The notes beneath the pieces are model-generated. The model ran no database searches and was not told where the DNA came from. It saw only the letters and a list, made by a program, of their open reading frames with translations. The translations under genes and the position numbers were made by a program. A stretch of 64,000 bases of DNA from Octopus vulgaris (taxonomy: Eukaryota): assembly GCA_951406725.2 (NCBI GenBank), contig OX597825.1, forward strand, positions 13,330,001 to 13,394,000. Direction: 5' to 3'. Each line of letters opens with the position of its first letter. Positions within the stretch are counted from its first letter, which is position 1. Positions 54,657 through 64,000 of the stretch are shown here, one piece after another.

Positions 54657-55039
54657 TCCTTCTCTCGCAGGAGATCAAGGTGCTTGAAAAAGTGGTAGTT
54701 GGTAGGAGAAAGGTCTGAGGAATAAGCTAGCTGGCGAAGAACTTCACTACGCTATATGCCCTCGGGCATATATATATATAATATATATGCATATAATAAT
54801 ATATATGCATATATACATACGTATATGTACATATTTACATCTATATGAATATACATATGCACATGTGGGCACAGGACGTCACTTAACGAGTACAACATAA
54901 ACAATACGATGTACGAGTACATGGAATATGAACTATTTTTCGAACAACGAAAGACGCATATGGAAAACACGACAAATAACATAAAAGAACTTGTTTTTCT
55001 AATCTCGTATTTCGAGCATTTAACAACAATATACGCTTA

Positions 55040-55092
<53 letters not shown>

Positions 55093-55195
55093 CTATATAT
55101 AAATCCTCCCTTTCACACACTCATACGTCGAGACTGACGAGAGTAGCCATCATATATTTATGTAGTTATATGTGCGTATGTGTTTATGGATGGAA

Positions 55196-55579
55196 TGGAA
55201 GCACTCCGTCGGTTGCGACGACGAGGGTTCCGGTTGATCCGATCAACGGAACAACCTGCTCGTGAAATTAACGTGTAAGTGGCTGAGCACTCCACAGACA
55301 CGTGTACCCTTAACGTAGTTCTCGGGGATATTCAGTGTGACACAGAGAGTGACAAGGCCGGCCCTTTGAAATACAGGTACAACAGAAACAGGAAGTAAGA
55401 GTGAGAGAAAGTTGTGGTGAAAGAGTACAGCAGGGATCACCACCATCCCCTGCCGGAGCCTCGTGGAGCTTTTAGGTGTTTTCGTTCAATAAACACTCAC
55501 AACACCCGGTCTGGGAATCGAAACCGCGATCCTATGACCGCGAGTCCGCTGCCCTAACCACCGGGCCATTGCGCCTCCA
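55196..55579 (-). mobile_element. Full-length SINE family C
   Basis: Near-identical to 50735-51117. Confidence 0.93.
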
Positions 55580-55995
55580 CATGTGTTCATATGTGTATGT
55601 ACACACACATATGCTTGTTCTGATGTCAGTATGTTTATTAAAAAGCAGTTTTACTTTAAATAATTGAAAGATTTCTCAATACTATTTTGTAGAGTCAGGT
55701 GGTCAACTTGGAAGAATCCTTACCAACCCGGTTAAAATACTTAGCGGCATTTCGTCCGTGTTTACGTTCTGTGTTCAAATTCCGCCGGTGTTGATTTGGC
55801 CTTTCATACTTTTGGGATCGATAAAAAAAATACCAGTTGTGCACTGGGGTCGATTTGATCGACCTATCTCTCCCACAAAATTGCAGGTGTTGTGCTAAAA
55901 TTTGAAACCAATATTATTTAGGAGATTACGTGTGTGTTTATTCGCTTTTTATAAGAAGAGAGGAATCAGTGATTTCAAAGTCTCGGCCTGCTAGG

Positions 55996-56187
<192 letters not shown>

Positions 56188-56753
56188 CCTTGCGTATATT
56201 TTAAGTTCTACGTTAGTTGACTTCTGGAAATATTACGTTTGTTTATAGTTTCACTTTTGATTTTGGGAAATCGAAATTCTTTCTGGTTTTATGAAGACCG
56301 GCTTCTCAAGATTGGTACAAAGGCAATTAGTTATATACCAAAGTTTACCAATAATCACAGGTTTTGTCCAGACATAGTATTTTTCAGATTTGTCATTAGT
56401 TCAACATAGATTACTGTTTCTTTTTGTTTTTTTGTTTTTCTTCTTTTTTCTCTATCTTAAGCATTACGATTACGTCCACTGAGCAATTGATTTCTACAAA
56501 TGTGCACAATTTTTGCTCTTTCTCAAGTCATTATATTTGGTCTATTGTAATTCGATTTCACAGTGGCTTTATCAAGAATATTTCTTTGCATTATAGAAGA
56601 ATATCAGACGGTGAGTAGACAGAATCGTTATCGCGGCGAATGAGATACTTAGCAGTTATTTTCTTTCGGTTCAAAACGTAATAATCTCTAAATCCCGCCG
56701 AAGTCAGCTTTTTACTTTTCATCCTTTCGTGGTCGATAAAATAAAGTACCTGT

Positions 56754-57008
56754 ATCATCTCTTGTGAAAGTTAGAAGAGTCCAGTTTGCTGGACATTGTT
56801 GTAGAGCTGAAAATGAGGTAATTTCTACTATTCTCCTCTGGAAGCCGTCTACTCGCGATGCCAGAGGGCGCACACTCTCCTACCCTGATGTAATCTCCAG
56901 GGATACAGGCATCTAGCATCAGGACCTCCGTAATGCTATGATGGATCGTGAAGTCTGGTGTAACATAGTAAATTCCATTGTCTCGACCACGGTCGAACAA
57001 TGATGATG
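56754..57008 (+). mobile_element. 5'-truncated RTE LINE 3' end inserted in a SINE B (~56610-57085)
   Basis: RRVQFAGHCCRAENEVISTILLWKP..RDTG..LRNAMMDREVW with a (TGA)n tail. 11-bp TSD aaagtacctgt (56743-56753, 57009-57019). Confidence 0.9.
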
Positions 57009-57159
57009 AAAGTACCTGTTGCATTCAAGGGTCGCGGCAATCGACTTGCACCCTGCCCTCAAAATTGTTAACCTTGTGCCAAAATTATTATGGATCATAG
57101 AGGAACATGTCGCTGCAACATGGTCTATGTTTATCTAGAGAACCATTGATTTTCTATAT

Positions 57160-57395
57160 ACCTATTTCTTTATTGCCCACAAGGGGCTACACACAGAGGG
57201 GACAAACAAGGACAGACAAACGGATTAAGTCTATTACATCGATCCCAGTGCGTGACTGGTACTTAATTTATCGACCCCGAAAGGATGAAAGGCAAAGTCA
57301 AACTCTGCGGAATTTGAACTCAGAACGCAGCGGCTGACGAAATACCACAAAGCATTTCGCCCGGCGTGTTAACGTTTCTGCCAGCTGGCCGCCTT
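57160..57395 (-). mobile_element. SINE family B
   Basis: Family motifs. Further partial copies at ~55705-55915, ~57748-57868 and ~61228-61322. Confidence 0.9.
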
Positions 57396-57910
57396 GTGGT
57401 CTAGATATCTTCAAAAGTTAGAACTCACTGGAAACATTTTCAATGGAAGTAGACTTTAAGAATTTTCTTTTCTCTCTCGATTGCAAAGCTATTAACTCAG
57501 TGAAATGCAATAAAAAAAAATACATAAAAAATAAAAAATAGAAAAAACACTTTCCATGAATTCCTTCCAGACTGTAGTTATTTTTCATCCATAGAAAATG
57601 TGTCTCTTTATAACATGTTTAATTAATTTATTTCAGGTTATGTCATGCAGGTGAATTTTAAAAAGAATAAAATGTATAATTAACACAGTCTATAAAGTTT
57701 AAGAACTTTGTAATAGGCAACAAAAATACGTATACATATGTGTTCCACGCCGAGGTCGACTTTACCTTTCATCCTTTCGGGGTCGATAAATTAAGCATCA
57801 GTTGCGTACTGGGGTCGATCTAATCGACTGGCTCCCTCCTCCAAAATTTCGGCCCCTGTGCCTAGAGTGTATGTTAGGATATTAAGATATATTCAATACA
57901 TTATAATATA

Positions 57911-59226
57911 CAGGGGTTGTCAAAAATTAAGTGCAATAATTTAATTTACTGCTAAACTTTTTTCAATTGCAATAATTTATCGCGAAGATTGCAATTAATT
58001 GCAATCCAATTCCCTTTGTTCAAGAAGTCTTCGGTAAAAATATAAAATCAGAAAGCCACAGAGCTGGCTGCAGACGAAAAGAAATCTGTTGTAACCTTAA
58101 AGCTGCCCAATACACCAGAACAAGAAACGGTTTTGGACGATGAATCGGACAACTTCGCTTGCAATGTCCTCAAAAAGCGTCGAAGCGAGATGGGTGCTAG
58201 CCAACCACGTTATATTAATGCAGCATTCATTTTGCCAACGACTAGCTTGGTTGAAAGTTTCTTCAGTGTAGCAGCGAATGTCTTCGATGATACAAGACAT
58301 CAATTATCACCTGTATATCTGGCGATGAGGAGGTGCAATGGCCCAGTGGTTAGGGCAACAGACTCGCTGTTGTAGGGTCGCGGTTTCGATTCCCAGACCG
58401 GGCGTTGTGAGTGTTTATTGAGCGAAAAACACCTAAAGCTCCACGATGCTCCGGCAGGGGGTGGTGGTGATCCCTACTGTATGCTTTCGCCACAACTTTC
58501 TCTCACTCTTTCTTCTGTTGGCCTGCTCGGTGTTGTTTGAAGGCTAAAACAACGCGAAGCGCATTGTGACCAGCGATGTGTAGCAACATCTGATGACTTG
58601 GTCAGTCACGGTGATCATGGTGATATCTGGAGATGCAACTGTTTTTAAGAGTAAATGACCATCTTTGGGATAACGAACTTATTTCGCGTATCGTTTCATC
58701 CAACACCCTCGTGTAAATTGTTAAATGCATACTGATTTTAATTGCTAATAGTATGAAACCGTCCTTTTCCCATTCATACGTTTTTTTACTGTCTTGATTG
58801 GGGTGGTATGGGCCCTAAGGGGAGCATTGTAGGCTTGTTTTTCCACCCTAGGTCATATCACACATTGGTGGTCGATATTGTCATTCTGGCAGGCAGTGTA
58901 AGAATTTTTAGAAAATTGTGGGTGATCCAAACATCTTTCGAACAGCAAAGAAATAGATTAATCAAAATTGAGAAAGGAGAGCTTTCATTAGAAATGTACT
59001 TTTATTTTTGCAAAAAATAACGTTTTTGGATGCGTAAAAAATTTACAAGGGGATTTTCTGGAGAGCATTATAATTTATTGAAATTAATTACAATTATTTA
59101 TTGCATTTATTGCAACGCAAGAAAATTGCAATTAATTTATTGTAAAAAAAATAATAAAGAGCAATAAATTCATTGCAATGAAAGAAATTTATTGCAAACT
59201 CTGCAATGCATTTTTGACAATGCCTG
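57911..59226 (+). mobile_element. Internally deleted hAT transposon retaining the C-terminal dimerisation region
   Basis: TIRs caggggttgtcaaaaa / tttttgacaatgcctg and subterminal (t)tgcaa(t) repeats. Frame 58013-58716 reads FILPTTSLVESFFSVAANVFDDTRHQLSPVYL[SINE]EMQLFLRVNDHLW. Confidence 0.85.
58328..58622 (+). mobile_element. SINE with family C head and a third tail type, inserted in the hAT ORF
   Basis: 13-bp TSD atatctgg(c/a)gatg at 58315-58327 and 58623-58635. Confidence 0.9.
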
Positions 59227-59282
59227 ATATAATGTGTTTATAATACACATAGGTATGTATGTATTGCGTAGACAAACAGCCA

Positions 59283-59438
59283 GTGGCTGTGTGGTAAGTA
59301 GCTTGCTTACGAACCACATGGTTCCGGGTTCAGTCCCACTGCGTGGCACCTGGGGCAAGTGTCTTCTACTATAGCCTCGGGCCGACCGAAGCCTTGTGAG
59401 TGGATTTGGTTAACGGAAACTGAAAGAAGCCCGTCATA

Positions 59439-59499
<61 letters not shown>

Positions 59500-59736
59500 T
59501 TGTGTGTATACGTTTGTGTGTCTGTGTTTGTCCTCCCAACATCGCTTGACAACCGATGCTGGTGTGTTTACGGCTTTAACGTAACTTTAGCGGTTCGGCA
59601 AAAGAGACCGATAGAATAAGTACTAGGCTTACAAAGAATAAGTCCTGGGCGGGGGGGGTCGATTTGCTCGACTAAAAGGCGGTGCTCCAGCATGGCCGCA
59701 GCCAAATGACTGAAACAAGTGAAAGAGCAAAAGAGT
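59283..59736 (+). mobile_element. SINE family A
   Basis: Family motifs with internal (TA)n. Confidence 0.92.
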
Positions 59737-59839
59737 ACATGTGTGTGTGTGTATGTTTGCATGCATGCGTCTATGTATGCGTGAGGATGCGCGCGAGATA
59801 GTACTTCGTGATTGCACAAGCCTTTACAAACCAGACCCT

Positions 59840-59883
<44 letters not shown>

Positions 59884-60324
59884 TGCAGGCAGACAGGCAG
59901 GCAGAGCAGTAGACAAACAGCCAGTTGAGAGAATGAGAACAAACAGGAAGCTGTCATCATTGAAAGCGTAATACCGTAACAGATATAGATAAAGAGAGGC
60001 AAGAGGAAAGTGCGCGCCTGAGAGAGAGAGAGAGGAATAGAGAGGCAAACAAACAGAGAGTGTGTGAGTGAAGGAGAAGAGAGAAAAGGAATGAGAGAGA
60101 GAGGGAGAGAGGGAGAGAGTGTGTGTGAGGTTGCTTATGAGAGAGAGAAAGTCAAAGCGGTTGCTATCGATAATGATTTATTCATTGATTTCCTATTGTA
60201 TTTCCTTGACAGTCGTCGAAGTTCTTGTGTGTCGTATCTGTTTGTTTCAACAGTTGGTCTTCTATAACGGCGTTGAAAGAGGGTCGCATTAACCCCATAA
60301 ATCATGTATTCGCTTCTGTTGTGT

Positions 60325-61210
60325 CTATGTGTGTGTGTGTGTATGTGTAGGTGCGTGAGTGTATGTGTGTGTAGGTGTGTATGTGTAGGTGTGCGTGATG
60401 TATGTGTGTGTGTGTAGGTGTGTATATGTCAGTGTGTATGTGTTTGTTTGAGTGTGCTTGTGTGTGTGTGTGTGTGTGTTTGTTTGTGTGTGTGTGTGTG
60501 TGTGTATGTGTGTGTGTGTGGTGCATATGTCAGTGTGAGTGTGTATGAGTGTGTGTGCGTGTGTGCAGGTGAGTGAGTGTTTGCTTGTGTATGTATCAGT
60601 GTGTGTGTGTGGTGTATATGTCAGTGTGTGTAGTGTATATGCATGTGTGCGTGTGTGTGTGTGTGTGTTGAGTGTGTGTGTATGTGTAGATGTGTGTGTG
60701 TGGTGTATATGTCAGTGTGTGTGCGTGTGTGTGTGTGTGAATGTGTGTATGTGTGTGCAGGTGAGTGAGTGTCTGTTTGTGTATATATCAGTGTGTGTGT
60801 GGTGTATATGTCAGCGTGTGTGTGTGTGTGAATGTGTGTGTGTGTGTGTATGTGCGTATGTGTGTGCAGGTGAGTGAATGTCTGCTTGTGTATATGACAG
60901 CGTGTGTGTAGCGTATATGCATGTGTGTGTGTGTGTATAGCTGAGTGAGTGTCTGCTTGTATATATGTGTGTGGTGTACATGCATGTGTGCATAAGTGTG
61001 TGTGTGCGTGTATGTGTGTAGATGAGTGAGTGTCTGCTTGTATATATGTGTGTGTGGTGTATATAGATGTGTGCGTGAGTGTGTGTGTCTGTTCTGCGCA
61101 TTATCTGTTCTTTATTCTCCCCTTTAAACATTTATATTTGCCTTTGTGTATGTATATGTATAAGTATGTGTGTGTGTGTTTATGTGCATGTGTGCGAATG
61201 TGACAATGTG
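60325..61210. repeat. Degenerate (TG)n block with longer-period internal repeat
   Basis: Recurrent tgagtga(g/a)tgt(c/t)tg motif and gtatatgtcagtgtg. Confidence 0.9.
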
Positions 61211-61589
61211 TGTGGATATTGTCCCATAACTGGGGTCGATGTAATCGACTTAATCCATCCGTTTGTCTGTCCTTGTTTGTCCCGTCTGTCCTTGTTTGTT
61301 ACCTTGTGGGTAATAAAGAAACATAATAAACCGACAAAACAAAAAGCAAAATTTTCAAAGAAACGCGAACGCCACCTCCATTGCCGCCACCACATCCTCC
61401 GTGGCCGCCACAACAGTTTCTGCTGTCGCCGGTAAAGCCGCTACAGCCATGACAAGAAATGCTGAAAAGAGGAATTCTATTGTGTTTGCAGCAAGAAATC
61501 TGGGAGGTTTCCCTACAGATGACAAAAAAAAAACAAAAAACGGATTGATATCTGGTCCGAAAAATTGTGAAAAGAATTATTATTATTAT

Positions 61590-61932
61590 TGAGTGAGAGA
61601 GCAGTGCATGTCATCAAAGTGACACTGGGGTAAAATATACGAAGCCCAGTATACCCATCATGACTACCCGTCTGATAAGGGTACACTAGGCACATGCATC
61701 ACAACCATATGTGCGCGACATGGTGATCTCATATGAAGATAAATAGCACATGACCTTGCAGGTGGGGCCCAGTTAGAATTTTCTTCAGGTCGAGTAACCC
61801 ATCCCGCTCAAAAGGTCCTTGAATAAGGGTTGTTTAAGGATGTTGAATGAAACACCCATGTTTCCAAAGGTGAATTATCCAAACCCCCAAAGAATCCCTC
61901 TCAACACATGGCTATGATGCTCCCCCACTTAC

Positions 61933-61978
<46 letters not shown>

Positions 61979-62513
61979 GAATGAGAGAGTAGCGCATGCC
62001 ATCAAAGTGGCACTTGGGTACAATTATACGAAGCCCAATGTACCCAACATGACTACCGGTCTGATAAGGGTACACCGGGTACATACATCGCAACCATATG
62101 TGCGCGACATGGTGATCAAGATAAACAGCGCATGACCTTGCAGGTAGGGCCCAGTTAGAATTTTCCTGACGTTGAGTAGCCCAACCCGCTCAAAAGGTCC
62201 CTGAATAAGGTTGTTTAAAACCCGTGTTTCCAAGGGCTGAATTATTCAAACCCCAAAGAAATCCTCTAAACACATGGTTATGATGCTACCCTACTAATTC
62301 TACTCGTGATCAGAGATGCACATATCGTCAGCCACTAAGGAACATGCTCAACTGGTTAAGGTCAAACAAATGACAAGCAAATATGTGGTATTGAGCAGAA
62401 TATTTTCTGTAGCCCATCTTTTATACCAAGACAAAACAATGTACATGATAACACTTCCAATCGGTTAAGATCAGAAGCCACGAGAGCCACTGTCTAGTAC
62501 TGCATCAGAGCAT
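61590..62513 (-). mobile_element. Two tandem copies of the (TAA)n-embedded non-coding retroposon (61590-61929 truncated; 61978-62513 longest)
   Basis: Same sequence as 28917-29423. Each copy is bounded by (TTA)n. Confidence 0.88.
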
Positions 62514-62515
62514 TT

Positions 62516-62607
<92 letters not shown>

Positions 62608-62999
62608 GCTACTAAAGAAAAGAACTTAATTTATTATTGCAATGACGAACCAACGAAAGATCGTACGATCGTATTTCATTGCACACCTGTTAAATTTTGC
62701 ATCGGAAGGGCGGAGAAACACTTCACTTGAATACACAGCTATGAAAAAGTTATATTGATTTACATGCACGCATTTATATATTCTTTTCTGGCTCTTAATG
62801 TGGCTACACTCGGGTATCTGACTTCAAAGCGCTTTTTTTTTTAAATCGTTTATATCGACCCAAGTAGCCATATACATTTTATCGATCTGTATTCATCTTT
62901 GCACAAGGACGAAAAGCTCAGCAAGGCAATTTTCTCCGTCGAACTGACACACATTCGTTTACGTGATAAGTATGTATGCATGCGCATGCGTGTGTATGC

Positions 63000-63462
63000 T
63001 CTTTACTCTCTTACTTGCTTCAGTCATTTGACTGCGGCCATGCTGGAGCACCGCCTTTAGTCGAGCAAATCGACGCCGGGGCTTATTCTTTGTAACCCTA
63101 GTACTAATTCTATCGGTCTCTATTTGCCGAACCGCTAAGTTACGGGTACGTAAATACACTAGCATCGGTTGTCAAGCGATGTTGAGGGTGGGGTACACTT
63201 GCCCAAGGTGCCACTGCGTGGCACCTTGGGCAAGTGTCTTCTGCAATAGCTTCGGGCCGGCCAAAGCCTTGTGAGTGGATTTGGTAGACAGAAACTGAAA
63301 GAAACCCGTCGTATATATGTACATATATATATATATATATAAAAATATATAGAATAAGTACTAGGCTTACAACGAATAAGTCCTTCGGTCGATTTGCTCG
63401 ACTAAAGGCGGTGCTCCAGCATAGCCACAGTCAAAATTATTGAAACAAGTAAAAGAGTAAAA
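63000..63462. mobile_element. Head-to-head inverted SINE A composite with a palindromic junction
   Basis: Minus-strand tail at 63000-63190, plus-strand body at 63211-63462, perfect 20-bp inverted repeat at 63195-63237. Confidence 0.9.
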
Positions 63463-63752
63463 GATATATATAATTGTAATGACTGAGGAACTTATAGTCC
63501 TCAGCTCTGAGTGCACAGGTTCTTATAGCAGAAACTGATGTAAGCTAAAGAAGTTGAATATCGAAATCCTATTTTTTTTTGTCATTCATCAATATTACAC
63601 ATTGTTCTCGATTAGCACTATATTCTAAAGCACATATATATTGAGCTGTGACAGCCGGTTATTAGTATCGCGAGGCCTACAGCAAAATCACAGTACACAC
63701 GCATCCTTAGAGACACACACACACGCACACACATATATATATACATACGCAT

Positions 63753-63784
<32 letters not shown>

Positions 63785-64000
63785 CTTTTATTCTTTTGAA
63801 TAAGTATCAGCGGAATTTTCGAAACATATGTAGAAAGTAAAATATTTGTTTAAACCTGCGTTAACTCCATTTTTTATTCATATTATTCAAAATATTCAAC
63901 GTAAACACGAAGTTTCAAACTTTATAAACAAGGAGTTACAACATCTTTACTTGTGAGATTTTTGCTGCCCTGGTAACTATTTATTTATTTTTCCGTGTTA

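Overview
This is not prokaryotic. It is AT-rich, extremely repeat-dense animal genomic DNA, and the SINE families and microsatellite load most resemble an Octopus (coleoid cephalopod) genome (inference from pattern recognition, no search run). I find no credible host protein-coding exon, so the window is probably intergenic or a large intron. Most listed ORFs are read-throughs of microsatellites or SINEs. The content is: (i) dozens of copies of about four tRNA-derived SINE families that swap heads and tails; (ii) decayed mariner/Tc1, pogo/Tigger and hAT transposons and MITEs, some with clear TIRs and TSDs; (iii) 3' fragments of RTE, CR1, Tx1/L1 and R4/Dong-like LINEs and a Penelope GIY-YIG remnant; (iv) long simple and compound microsatellites and an 18-bp minisatellite. 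The most interesting signal is a set of minimal type I hammerhead ribozymes of the Penelope-like-element/retrozyme kind, in at least two unrelated repeat families. One family appears to be built as Pol III tRNA-like head + (TAA)n + hammerhead tail, and it also occurs as a head-to-head inverted pair. Repeat boundaries are read by eye and are approximate unless TSD or TIR positions are quoted.
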